Positions 42,608-56,600 of a DNA stretch of 64,000 nt are shown one piece after another. A model generated the notes under the pieces. That model was not told the DNA's origin. It did no database searches and saw only the letters and a program-made list of their open reading frames with translations. A program made the position numbers and the translations under genes. Each line of letters begins with the position of its first letter. Within the stretch, counting starts at the first letter, position 1. Source of the DNA: Bugula neritina (lineage: Eukaryota; Animalia; Bryozoa); the NCBI GenBank assembly GCA_964035545.1, contig OZ037768.1, positions 22,105,319 through 22,169,318 of the forward strand. Reading direction: 5' to 3'.

Positions 42608-43999
42608 TCAAGTATGCAAATTATGACGTCCCTTTAGGACCGTCTCCACAACACAGCTCTCCCTGCGGGGGTTGACAATCTTTTCTCTAATCCGTGTTTT
42701 TGCAATCTTTTCCAGGCATTTGGCCGAAATGCCATTCTCTTAGCTCCTCTCACTTGTGACTGAGGCAGTGCAGATGGGGAAAGGAAGGGAGTAAAACTTG
42801 CCCTGCAAAAATAATTCCGCCATAGAAATGCAACGTGTGTCTATACACAATTAAATGCCATGGTGCACTAAATATATGTTTAGGGACTGGCATGAAAATT
42901 AATGTGCATTCTAACATATAAAATTTTTCAAAATTGTATTTATTTTAGAGTTGATTACAATAAAATTGAAATATTTTTAATCTGAAGGTGAAAGCTACGC
43001 AAATTTTAGCTCAAACAAGAAAACTTTGCTTAGGTCACGCTACAAGACACAATTGATAAATTTGATTAAGATTTCTTTATATTAGACAAAAAATGGGTAG
43101 TGTGTTAGTTAAATTTAGAAATTTAAATTTTAACATATAGTTTCACTATTTGGACAGTGCTTAATATTATTGAAAAACTTTAACAAATGAGCACATGGCA
43201 TTTAATTGAACTTAAACTTAACATTACAAAACTAAATCTAAAACAAAACTAATTATAGTAGTATAAAAAATTATGTTGGTTTTTTGTCGCCCATGTTAAA
43301 TACAAATTGAGAATTTCACCTCTATTTTGCATTTCCACAACATCAATATTTAAATCAATGCATTTTTGTAGTTAAAGTTTATTCCTTAAACCTAAAAGTT
43401 CATAACGCAATTTTATGCATTGATAGCAGCACATAGGAAACTACATAGTAACATTGGTATATACTATAGAGCTAGGTATACTATAGAGCTAGATATACTA
43501 TAGAGCTAGGTATACTATAGAGCTAGATATACTATAGAGCTAGGTATACTATAGAGCTAGGTATACTATAGAGGTAGGTATACTATAGAGCTAGGTATAC
43601 TATAGAGCTAGGTATACTATAGAGCTAGGTATACTATAGAGCTAGGTATACTATAGAGCTAGATATACTATAGAGCTAGGTATACTATAGAGCTAGGTAT
43701 ACTATAGAGCTAGGTATACTATAGAGCTAGGTATACTATAGAGCTAGGTATACTATAGAGCTAGGTATACTATAGAGCTAGGTATACTATAGAGCTAGGT
43801 AGACTATAGAGCTAGGTATACTATAGAGGTAGATATACTATAGAGCTAGGTATACTATAGAGCTAGGTATACTATAGAGCTAGATATACTATAGAGCTAG
43901 ATATACTATAGAGCTAGATATAATGCAAAAAATCTACCTTGTAGCAAATAAGCATGTTCTCAAACAGCTTGATGACTTCTCAATTAGACTCAATAGCAT
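42608..43999 (-). CDS. MRPL34: Mitochondrial ribosomal protein bL34m (two coding exons), apparent 1-nt deletion near the C-terminus
   Basis: Exon 43938-43999 (MLLSLIEKSSSCLRTCLFAT-AG|GT, phase 2) joins exon 42608-42802 (TTTTGCAG|G): ...QVRGAKRMAFRPNAWKRLQKHGLEKRLSTPAGRAVLWRR, then VLKGRHNLHT* in the shifted frame. Matches the bL34 pattern KR..KHG...RLST..G..V..RR..KGR..L. Confidence 0.88.
43459..43922. repeat. 17-bp minisatellite (tatactatagagctagg), ~27 units, in the MRPL34 intron
   Basis: Directly visible; begins ~15 nt inside the intron from the donor at 43937. Confidence 0.97.
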
Positions 44000-45955
44000 T
44001 ATTTATATATTGACTTGGATCTGCTGCAGATAATACTTTATAGAAGTGTAAAGTTTGCTTATTTCCACGACGTTTGGTGAATATTGGGAAAATGATTTTA
44101 CTCCAGTAGGTCACAGAGGCATCTGGAACTAAAACAACATCTAAATAAGTAGAATAAAACTTAACCATGAAAAAATAAGTTGTACATAAAAACCTTCTGA
44201 ATTATGAAAAATTCTTCAAATTATAAACATTTCCTTTTCTGACTGACTTTCCTGCTTATATAAGCTTTGCTGAAAAAAATTAACAAATATTCAGCCATAA
44301 TATGAAAACTATTTTTACAAGTATCTATTATATATTTGAATAAATTATTAATATCGGCTTTAAAATTTTGAATCTATTGTCCTATTCATAAGTAAAACCG
44401 CTGACAGATAATAAATGTTATAAATTTTAATAATCAAACTACTTGATGTTGAACTCATTTCAGTTACCACAATTTTCATAACCACCGCTAATACCATGCA
44501 TACATTATAAATTATTTCAATAAATTTAGTTTGTTCTGTAATTAAAAGAAGTAGGTATAGGCAATAGGTATAGTTTTTGTTGAATAAATGCTGCCAACAA
44601 ACTTTAATAAATTATTTTAAAATATTTACGTAAAAAGAGGCACAGAGATATAATGTTAACAAGGATTTTCAAGGGTTTTACAAACAGAATAGCCCAATAC
44701 TTAGTGCAACAAATACAGCGTCATTATTTGATATAAGTAAACTCATCCATGACTTGAAGCTTTTCTTGCCTTCTTATGATTATTCAGAAGTACCAAAATT
44801 AGCAGTTTTAATATTATCATGCTTGAGTTAAAAAGTCTGGTTAGACTATTGTTATTATAAGAGTTGCACAAACTAAACTGCAGTTACAAGAGGTATCAGT
44901 TAGCTTCAACATTAAAATAACATGTCAAGTCTAGCATGACATTATTCAGACATTGTAGACCAGACAGGTAAAAGGAGATGAATACACAGTATGAATTTCT
45001 ATACAATTTGAAGAAAACTTGTTGAAGAAAATTAATTCGATTGAGATGACGATATTTTTACAATTTAGTTTTATCATTAAGGATTAATTTTAGCAAACAC
45101 TGAATACTGTCAATTATATAATATAGCAAATTAAAACTTACTTGCCACTAAAATTTTAGAACTAAGATTCAACTTTAAAACTTATAGATGAAGTAATAAA
45201 AAAGCAATAATTATAATCACAATTATTACTACAAATAACCTAATCAAAATACATTAAGATTATGAACACAAACATCATTATGGCTATTTTAGATAAGATA
45301 ATGATTAACTGTTAACAAAAATCAAATATCAATAAGTACATTCTCATTGATACTTTCATTTACTAAACTGATACTAAAGTTGAACCAACTATAAATTTAC
45401 TAACAGTAACTATGCAACTGCGAGTCATGCAATTATAACCTTCACAATGACTTTCATGAAGACACCAACACTGATTCTCACATTGAGACTGGAAGACATG
45501 ATGATTTTCACAACAAAAAGATTTATTATAATAATCAGTACCACACTCATAATAATTATAACACCAACACTAACAGCAATAATAATATTTACATTATTAT
45601 TAATAATACTAATAGTAATAGTAATACTTCACTAATAGTAATACTAGTAATAGTAACACTAACTGTAAGTAATAATATTAATTATAATACTTCACTACAG
45701 TGAGTATTAGTCTTACTATTAGAAGTAGTATTACATTTTGATTTACTATTACTATTAGTATTAGTATTACAGTATAAGTATTAGTATTACTATTACTATT
45801 AGACTTAGTATTACTATTACTATTAGTATTAAATTATTAAATATAGCTAACAGTAACACTAACACTGGTCACGATGACATAGTCTTAAGTCTTAACTCTT
45901 GGTCTTATGTGATAAGCACTACATTTTGATGTACTATCACTTTGACTACAACTAC

Positions 45956-46057
45956 GAGACTAACGAAACCAAGTTATACTTTTGATTTACTTTTACTTTT
46001 AGTTTTAGTAAAAGTAAAACTAAAACTAAAAGTATAACTTGGTCTCGTCCTCGTCTC
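45956..46057. repeat. Short inverted repeat / hairpin
   Basis: acgaaaccaagttatactttt (45963-45983) pairs with aaaagtataacttggtctcgt (46028-46048), one mismatch; pairing extends imperfectly both ways. Confidence 0.85.
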
Positions 46058-46214
46058 TAACTAAAAAGTATGCTTCGTTGTATGTTAAACTTAATCATAA
46101 TGTCAGCATAACATGGTAAGTCAAAGTGTGATACTCATATTTATATTACAACATTCAATTTAATTATTTAACATTCATCAATATTATAATTAGTATTTTA
46201 ATTAGCAATTTGCT

Positions 46215-46370
46215 GTTGTCGGCAAAAGCGTTGGCGGAAATGGCTAGAATGTGATTTAATGGGGAGGCGTAGGGTTGGGATAGGGTATCAGTATAGACTA
46301 TAGACCACAGAAATAGACATACACTATTTTGATTGCAGATTAGGACGTTTGTATTAGTGTGACGTCACTA
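46215..46370. promoter_or_regulatory. Candidate promoter (probably for MRPL34, via a 5'UTR intron)
   Basis: GC-richer island with GGCGGAAAT, GC-box-like GGGGAGGCGT and a perfect CRE TGACGTCA at 46360-46367. The MRPL34 ATG is preceded by an acceptor-like TCTGCAGCAG at ~44021-44029. Confidence 0.35.
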
Positions 46371-47600
46371 TAATATGAGATACGAAATTGGTAATAATAA
46401 GGCAACTGCTGAACTGTCTAGCCACTCTAACATTTCAGTATTAATTTTTTGTTAACAATTTTTCTATCAGTGTTTTTTGCAATTTGTATTTTCAGTATTA
46501 CTTGCAAGTTGTTCATAAAACACTAGAAGAAGCTAATTTGTACTTAGCCAGAGGCTATGTCGCATTTTATTACTGAGAATAGAATTTGCAGAAAAAATGA
46601 ATGGCTTAAGTGGCATCAAAATTATAAAAATTTGCAAATTTTAGAACAGCTTTTGCTTTCTTTTTGGCTGACTTCAGATCCATTTTTAAATAAATAGTTT
46701 CACTGAATTTTTTGAATAGCTGAACCTGAAGTATTTTATACGTTGAGAAACCATAATACTGGGACCTCTTTTTTAAATAAAATATAAAATGTATTTACAA
46801 TTAGTTGTATACATGTACATCTGAAAAGCCAGGCTATAATTGTTTGCACTTTTCACTCATAGGTTAACTACTGTATGTACAAAATAAATTTCATATAAAT
46901 CCATGGCAATGAAAGATTTCCAACATTAGATAAGAAAATAAAAATTAGAAATATTTTGTTACTTTACATAAAATAAGTAAATGTAACACAGGAACTTGTA
47001 AACTTTCTGTAAAGGAGAACATGTATACATGCAGGGCATAACTTGTAGTATTGAAAATAGTTGGGATTTACATATAAGTTATAATTTAAAACTGATAATT
47101 AACAGTATATAATGTAATTACTTAATTTATTTCCACTATGTAGAAAGTAATATGAATATGATGCATGCACGGTTATACATCTCTTGTATTGTTCCAAAGT
47201 TGATAGAAATTGACTGTACTCACAGTGATATAAGCAACTTATATCAGTTTGCAGAGTTTATAAAATGATTTCTCACTAGTTTTATATAAAAGTTGAGTTA
47301 TTTTCACTTATTGTTGGCTTTTGAGCAATAAAATTATTGTTACAGCTAAATATTATAGGTGTAAAATAGTAGTATACATTGAGCTGCGACCCAATAATAA
47401 AAACGATTTTGAACCGAAAGAGTCACACCTGATGTGACTAAGAGTTGGTGAGAGATGGCAGGGAATTCTGTTTGTTAAACTGAGATCTGTGTTGAAACAT
47501 TCACCCTGTATGCGTGTCTTAAACAATTTAGGTGGCAATACCTTAGTTACTGTGTAACCAACTACCGCCGTGTTCCATATCAGAGCAACGCAGAGTATAG

Positions 47601-50600
47601 TTACTTGATAGGGCTACCATTAGCCAATGAGAATGAACGATCAGAGACCAAGCACCCAGCACTCAGTGTCTTAGATCTGTCTAGAATTCGCTTTTGCCTA
47701 GTAGAAGGAGGATTGCTGTCAGTGGTTAACTCGGCAGCCGATTGTGAGCTTGTACTTGGCGCAGCGTAGATATGGTTTCGGTGGTTCCGTGGAAGAGTAT
47801 GGGAAGTCTTAGCCTCTAGAGGCAAGACCTGAGAGTGTTTCAAGAGACTCGAGTAAGAGCCGTACTCATGCATATCTCGGAAGGTTTTCTGTCTAGATGC
47901 CAATTCTGATAGCTGTGAGCCATTGTTATTTATTTCTGCTCTGCTCTTCTCTTTGTTGTCTCGAAGGTGACTCAGCCATTTTTGCTACAAAAAGACATGG
48001 CGAGTTGATGTGATATTTGCTTTCTGAACATGTATTTTTAAGAAGCAACAGTGGTCTAGTAGCTTGAGCACTGGCTTAGTGTAAACCAGGCTATGGGTTT
48101 AAATCTCGACAAAACCATTGGTGATGTCAAGAAGAGCAGCATACACAATTTTTAGCCCACTTAAAGCATTTTTGCCGCTCTCGGTACTCATGGGATAGCT
48201 GTTTAAACAAATGTGAGCTGTTCAGAACGTTTCTTGGGACTGTTGGCTTATTGTTTTCAGTTTTGCTAGTCATAATCTAACATTCATTAAGTTTCAGTTG
48301 TTTGAATGACTATTTTTTGTTTATAAAACCTAGTTCTATAAAATATACATGTTGCTTTTCACCATCTAACATTTATCAATTAGTCAACTTTCTTTGTAAT
48401 AATTTATAACCAATCACCACGTTGTTAGGATTTGCTTTCTCACCTTGCCTAATGAGGTATGTGCCTGAAGCGAGAAAACTCCTACTATCTGCTGAAAACT
48501 ATTTCGCTGTACAATAACAAACAGGTTCTTCATTCCTGAAGAATTAGATTCGGCAGCCCCGATGTCGTGAACAGACAAACTGTGTACAGGGATTGGCTGC
48601 CTAAGAACTTGATAGAAACCATCTTTCTCTATGATTGACATTCTCTGCAATAAGGATAATCACATCATAATAATAATTATTGTAAATTTAGTTTTCTCTG
48701 TTGAACAAAGTATGTCACAAAATATAGACAAGCTCCAGTTCAATGATTGTTGTATAACTTTCTCTGATGAGAAGACGATTCTCTACAGCGAATGGGAAAA
48801 CACATGTTGGCAATGTAGCATAAAATGGCAACAGAGTTTATACCCACTTATTGCTTCTTTTTCTTTCTCAAGTTATAAACCATAGCTTCATTAAAGGTAT
48901 TGTATAAATTTTGTTTTATTTTAGATAAGAAGTAGACCAATAAAACTCGCTCAGTGAAAAGAAATTTAAAAGCTGTGCTTTTACAACTAGATACTTTGTG
49001 TTATGACTCACCCCTCGAACTTTCTTCTTGACTTTTGTGAACAGCAGGAAATCGGTGAACAAGAAGACATAAACATCTACATTTCTGTCCTTCTCTGTGA
49101 GTAAGAGTGGACCTTCAAAGGTTATCTCCCTTATTTTATCATCTAATATGTGTTTTGTTGGCTGTACACTTAGAAGACCCTTTAACGTCTGCAATCATAA
49201 GTTGAAATCACAGAAAATAACAACATGGCTTCCTATTGTTATTGTATGGTCTAGGGAGGCCGATGTTAAGTCAGATTTACATTTGCACTCCATAAAATAA
49301 CTCATGATAAAAACCTTGAAAGTATTGGAGCTTTTCATTAAACTTTGTTGTAAGAAATTTGTTAATTAATAGCAGCAATATCTAGCTTAGGATAGCTGTT
49401 CGGCTCCAAACATGACTATATACATGCTGAAAGTGAAAAAAGTGTGCTCTTAGTAAGATCGTCGTCATGTCACTATTTATTTGTTTCTATGGGAACAGAT
49501 AAGAAATCACGTATGATTGGCTGTAAAGAGCTAATTGAAACTCTCACATACATCAGGAATAAAGGCCTTGCTGTCTATTTCAGATATTGTTGGCCATATT
49601 AACTGTTTTTCAATCTCCTTTACTCTCTCAAATGTCTTCAACCACTCCATCTTGTTTTCAAGAGATTCTAAATAGAAGCATGATCATATAATATACAGAT
49701 TTCTACAAGTTTGGAAACTTTTAAAAAATAATTACTGCTTAAACTGTTTACAAAAAGAGGGAAGGCTCTTTATTAAACGCAGAGATTTTGTAAGCTGAAT
49801 ATAGAACTCTGCTTCATATAAAGTTTTGTCAATGTTTTTTGCAACTGCTAAACAAAACAACCATACTTTTTATTAATAACATATTTATTTAAAATACACA
49901 ACTAGAAGTTAACTGAAACAAGCTAGAGTAATTTAACCGGCATACAAAATTAAATTTTCTATCAACAATAAGAAAAGTGTTGCCCGAAAACACAATTAGC
50001 TTGATTCTAGATTTAGCCTGATCAGCAGTCCTTTAAATCAGGAAAACAGTTAACTTGTAGTCTAGTAAATATAGTAAATTATCCAGTCCCACAATGTATA
50101 CACATAATAAAATTATTGTATACATATAGTGTTATTTCAAACAACCTGTTGAGCTTTGCATAACTTACTCAATGAGCAGACGACTTTTTCTGTGCTAGAA
50201 TTAAGTCTGTCAATATCTGATTGGTCGGTTGTGTACTTTCTTACTCTCTCTAGTATGAGAGGTAATCTTGTCCAATGCTGCATGGGAGCTATCAGTAAAT
50301 CGGAAAGCCTGAGTTTGTTGCACCTTGGATCTTGTTCACAAAACTAGAAAACAACCCCAACAAGGGTGAACAACTCTCGATACAACAGCAAAATTGCTAC
50401 AATGTTTTGGTAACAGCATAGAAACAAGGTGCCTTGAGCCTAAGTTTTATTAAACATCCATATAAGAGAAGACAACTCTTTGTACAACAGCAATTTTGTG
50501 AAAATTTAGCGGTAGCTTATTGATGTTCCCATACAAAGCAGAAGTTGAGCAAATTTGATTTATCCTATGCATCAAAATATAAGCAAAAAAGCTTTTAAGG

Positions 50601-53600
50601 AAATATTTTTCTTTTGTAGTTCAAGCAGTGGCGTATTTGGGGCAAATCACAGAAATTAAATATTTTAAAATGTTACAATTAAACAACTTAAATCTATCAA
50701 AAGGGAGAACTTGCATGTTGCGTATTGCATACTGACACCTCGACCTCTGGTGTCAGTGTCTCATGTGACACTTTTTGTCATGTGATCAAGAGTTAGTGAC
50801 TTCAAAAGCATGCAATAATCGTACACACAATTGCATAAAAATACTACATACTATAATTATGTGCCAATATAGAGTGAATCAATGTAGTTTTGTATTTTTA
50901 AGGTACTATTGAAGTAATTTGTTGCTTCAAACCTTATTAAAATAGACACAATTCTAGGTTAGCTGTAATGTAATTTTTAAGGGGGCAAAACCTACCTTCT
51001 CGTACAATGCGTAGTCGTCTAATGTGTTCCTAAGGATATCAAGGTAGGTTAGCGCGGATCTATAGTTGAGTAGGTACGAGTGGTAGATGTCCCCGTCCCG
51101 TGAATACCACGTCATTATGTCCAGACAGTCACACAAACATGACACACTTGCAAATTCTGACATGGGAAGTGATTTCAACTGATTGTAGAAATCTCGACAA
51201 AATCTGTAACTCAGCTGAAATCATAAAGTTATGGGTTTAGTATTATCATGTTAAATTACAAAACATATTGTTTGACAATCAATGTGTGGTGCTGTATATG
51301 ACATTATGTTACATACAATATAAATTCAAATAAAATGAATTTTTTTAATAAAATTACATTTTATAAATTAAAAAAGGAAATGTAAAGAATTGTTAAACTT
51401 TCAAAGATATTACTATGTAAAGGTTAGTTTGAGTATATAATTAAATCTAAAATTAATTAATCTAAAATTCACTTGGTAAATTGACTGTCCGAAAACTTAA
51501 TTTCAGCCTGCAATAAACTAGCTGAAGAAAGAATTGTTCAATTGGCATCATTTTCTTGGAATAACGTGAAAACTAAAACTCACATCACACAACTCGTTGA
51601 GGTTTCCGAACAGTTTTGGAGGCTCAATATCCATGAGGAGACCTTCGACTTGACACTTCAATAGTGGCTCCATGAAACACTAAAACAGCATCATAGTATA
51701 ATAATATAGTATAGAATATAATACTACTGGAAATGTGCTAGGATTGATGGATTGTGAAAACTGCAATAAAAATTCAGTAAGCCACTCGCACTCTATCTTC
51801 TAGCTCTCTAACCAAGTTCAATAAAATGACCCTCGAAAATTATTAAAACATTTTTGGTGCTATATTTTGAAAAATAATGCACAGTGTATACATCCAAAGA
51901 ACTGGGTGCATCCAAGATTTTTTCACCTAAATAACAATTATTTTTGTACACATTTAGCGTTTTATCTCTATAGATGGCTGATAAGCTTTCGTAGAGTAAA
52001 ATGTATTTCAAAAATCTGACTACAGTTCAATTTTCTTGAATTGATAGAATAAGAGATAAGAGCTATGTTGGATGTTATGGGAGGAAAAATTCAACTCGTA
52101 AAACAACTACCAAAACTATATAATAACATAACAGTAATGTCACACATAATATTATAAATGTCAACATCTTACATGTTTTAGCACCATCAGGTGGTCGACT
52201 AGAAATGTGCACTCATTTGTGAATATCTCCCAGACTGCATCTCTTCGACTCTTTTCTCGTTCGCTAATGTTTGATAAATCTTCTTCTGGATTGTCAATCA
52301 AATCTTGCCAATGTAAATGCTACCAAAAATAACAAAATTAAATACATTCATTTCTTAATTTCAGTTTGGCCTTGGAGTTGCCTTTTATGGATTTTTGACA
52401 TTGTGTTATAGACATACAATTGTAGGAGATAACTCCTAGTTGTATATTTTTTATTGCATCATTTTTTAATACGAGATAAATTTGCAAATTTAGGAGTTGT
52501 TATTCTTTTAACAAGAATACGACTTTTCTTACTCAAATGAATATAATAGTTTATGCTTCAGTAATTTATCCCCTTCTAAACAATTATACTTATATTATAA
52601 TAAGATAATGCCGTGCTTACTTAAGTTATCAATTCACTGAATAAATATTTATTACTTATTAGTATATTTTCTTTGCTCCTTTAGCTAATTACCTCTAACA
52701 TTATTAAATGCAGGAAACATATTTTGCCCAGTCAAATATTAATATGCAAAGTTATACTATAATTTACAATTGCTAGTTGCATTATTTTAATTATTGAAAG
52801 GTTATGCTATTTTTAATAAAATCGTACCAAATAAACTTATTAAAACCCCAGTGAGTTGTACTGTTAGGACAGGTAGAGTATGTGTTTATAGGAGGAAGCA
52901 TGACTTATATTAGCAGAACGTAAACACAGGCTGAGCACTCAATTCAGCAGCGGCAGCAGTTACAGAACGTACTTAATAGGTTTATCTGCAACACTTTACA
53001 GAAACTATACACAACAGGTTACTGGTGCACTGCCAGGCGTATAGAGTATCTGATGCATTCAGTTTAACCTCTTAAGCAGGTGTAATTATGCACTAAACGT
53101 GCAAACAGCACGTGAGCAAAAAGTTATTCTCTGTGTGCAGATACTACTGAATGACACCTGTCAGGGGCTATGTGGAACATGTGACTCAAACAGACACTTG
53201 CAAGGCACTTGTCAGCAAGTGATTCTAGTTACTGTTAATAACATTTATAGAACAGATTGTTTGCTGACTCTTCAGTCAGCAAACAAATTTGACAAATTTA
53301 CTTTGATAGTAGAATATCTTCAAAATTTAAACTATTGCCTGCCTTTGTTTAAGTTTACAGGTTTATTATACTCCCACATGCATAATTCATTAGATTGTAT
53401 AATCAAGCAACGTTAATATTGTGAACTCTGAGCAAATGACTTACTCTATTATATTTGGCAGTTGGCACACGCCATAGTATTAATTGTTCAAAACGCTTGA
53501 GGAGACAACTCACCCGTTTACTTGCTAACCGTTCATCTTTAAATTCTGTAGGAACCAAAGTCTGCAAGACGTACTCTAGTTCTGGCATGATTGCCTTTTT

Positions 53601-56600
53601 TCCTCTCCACTGTGAAATAACAGAATATATTGTTTTAATTATCCTTTATGCTACATATACAATGTTAAGGTGACATAACTCCAGCTATATATCTGCCAGG
53701 TTAATATTCAATATGCCTACTGTAGTCACCAAGTCGGTCAGCAAATTCCAGCTGGAGTTAAGCATAATTATAGCATTTCCATGCAGAGCCTTGTTTACAA
53801 CTTATTTTAATTTTTAGGAAATCTTTCACGCTCCAAACTACGTGACAAAACTCATTAAGAGACAAAACAAATTTTGAAAACTGCAACTTAATAGCTTTAA
53901 GACATTGAGTGTTTGAGTAATTATTAGATCCTTAAAAAAGAAGACTATGAACAACCAGCCAGTTGTCATTCTATTACTGGATATAGAATCGGCATGGAAT
54001 ACCAAATACTCTATGTGCTATAAATAGACAATGTGCTATATAAATGACAATGTACTATATCAATAGACCATGTGCTATGTATAAATAAACAATGTGCTAT
54101 GAATAGACATAGGCCTACCCTATCAATGTTGAAAATAGATGTCTTTGGCTTCCTTTCCAAAGTTTTTGTTCTTTCATCTTTGACGGGAGTCGCTGTGTCT
54201 ATAAGACTTCCTTCTGAGCCATAATGGTCAGAACTGTTACCATTTACTAAGGGTGGTGATTGTCTTCGCAGGGAATGCCCCGTAGTGAGCACTAGGTCCC
54301 CAGGGTATGCTTGGGAGCCACTGCTAAAAGTAGAACTTATTGTAAAAGAAGGAAATTAAACATTTTATTTTCTATGAAATTGAATTGTAGATCAAAATTA
54401 AATCATCCATCCACTTTATTATGTCTTAAAAAAGCAAAAGTTGCATTTGAAGAGCCTGTCCACCATTTAAATATTATATTATAGTTAAATTGACTTGTTT
54501 TTATTCTTTTACCTGCAGCCACAGATAATTTACTTTTATTGGTATACCCTGAGTAAAGAAAAACAAAACTGCCACTTTGTAAAAAGTGAGAGCTTTCTTA
54601 AGTGTGAAGCTTTTTTCTACTCTTTTTCACTATTCACAAATTATTAAAACAGATGAGTTGTTTCTGTATTTGGTACATAAAGTTTTTAAGTTTATAAATA
54701 AAAATAAGTCTAACAATTCACTATTATTCTTTTGATAGAGAGTCCAGCTCTAGCAAAGTAATAATGTATCCATCAACCGTATTAAATGCACTCTTTTAAC
54801 TTCAACTCAGATACATGTATCTTTATACTGTTACTAATTCATAATTTGTGTTAAAACAATGGCAATACATTTTTAAACTATTTTCTAAAGCGGATGTGAA
54901 TGTTGAACCAGTTGATTGAAGCTGAAAAAGTTACAATCTGACTGGTTGACACAAATGACACCTTTTTCATCTTCAGCCTCTGTGACTATAGACCAGACAG
55001 GTTTGGAAAAGTGCTTGGATATGACTATTTAATTATATTTTATTCAGTTATAATATTATTCATTATTACTTTATTTTTATTTTAGTCATTATAACTTTGA
55101 TCGCTATTAATACGTTTTCTTGACAGTACTGGGGAATAGTTTTAACTATGAAAGCCAGTTTTTGAAGTTTAAACCTGTCATATATGATTATCTCCACCTA
55201 TTCAATAATGAGTTCAACCTTTGACCGCTCAGAAACTCACAGCAACAATCTGCTGCCTGTGCTAAACTTAAGTTTATTCTGTCTACTTTAGTTAAATAGT
55301 CTACAAAACCTAGGGATGACAATAAGATTACACACATAAAAGTAAGTTGGCTGCTACAACTAGTACTACTAAAATACAATGAAAATAACTCTAGCTATAA
55401 AATTCAATAAATATCCCTGCATAAGTCTGTACTCATACTAACTAGTAAATAAGCATGCAATAATTACATTAGAACATGTGCGCTATAAAAGCATAAATCT
55501 AAAGAATTAGAATTATAGCAATTAGGGAAAGAGTTTACTCACTTTTCCTCAACCGCTTGATCTCCAAGTTCCTAAAAAAATTACATTTCCACATAAGTCT
55601 CACAGAGATCATGGTAGTAGAACAGTTCCTTTAAGTTATATAATCATGGTGTCATAAGACAAGTATGCCTGCGTATGAGGATAGTTTAATATATTCTTCA
55701 CAGTCAGTCAGTGCAGTAGGTATAGGCTTTTACTTCATTTGGCAATTAGAAAAGAAGAGTTGGCAATTGGCAAATGATGACTGGCAATTGGCAAATGATG
55801 ACTGGCAATTGGCAAATGATGAATCAAATTTATAAATTTATTTAGACAAGTTGTGATGAAATCTAGATAGTTATGCAGTATTGTTGTAAATGGTAAATTG
55901 AAATACTTGCACAATAACTTTATGATTATCATAATAATTACTATTATATATATAGCAAATACACTTCTTCCTAGCTAAAAAGCCCTTAACCGACATGTTT
56001 TTGTTTTTGTTTGTTGCAATTAATAGTCAGAAATGGCTAAAACTTTTCCGTTTCAAGTCAATGTGTAAAAACTTTGATTTATAATAAGAAATTTTTTCTT
56101 TTAAATTTTAGTCTACTACCTATTATTTTATGCTATATTCTATTTTATTCCAATACAAGTAGCTATATCACATTATTTTATCAAACGTCTATTTTTACTT
56201 AGAAATGCAGTATAATATGCAGCTGATTAGCTTATATATGGTAGAGAGCAAAGTATACACGATAAAGCAGGTAAACTAAAATCATTAACTAAATTAGCTC
56301 TAGGGCATTCTACAGTATTGACTAGTAATAGTATTAACTAGAATCTATAGAAAGTATTTAAAACGTTATTAGAATAATATTGATAATGTTGCTATGAATA
56401 GACATAAAAGCTTCACTGTTTACTGGCTGCAGTCAAGTGGTCTGTGAAATTAATAGACAGAGTAATATAATAATTACAATATTATTATATTATTTTATAC
56501 AGTGGATACTGTAGGCAAGTGATCAATGTATTGCCACGTAATATTCATCTAATGGTGAAGGTGTAACCTTAACCATTAGATTGTTGTACTATAATAAATG

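Noticed and set aside
46110-46121. Plus-strand AACATG|GTAAGT as first exon of another gene
   Set aside because: No credible downstream + strand exon found before the PLEKHG7 3' end.
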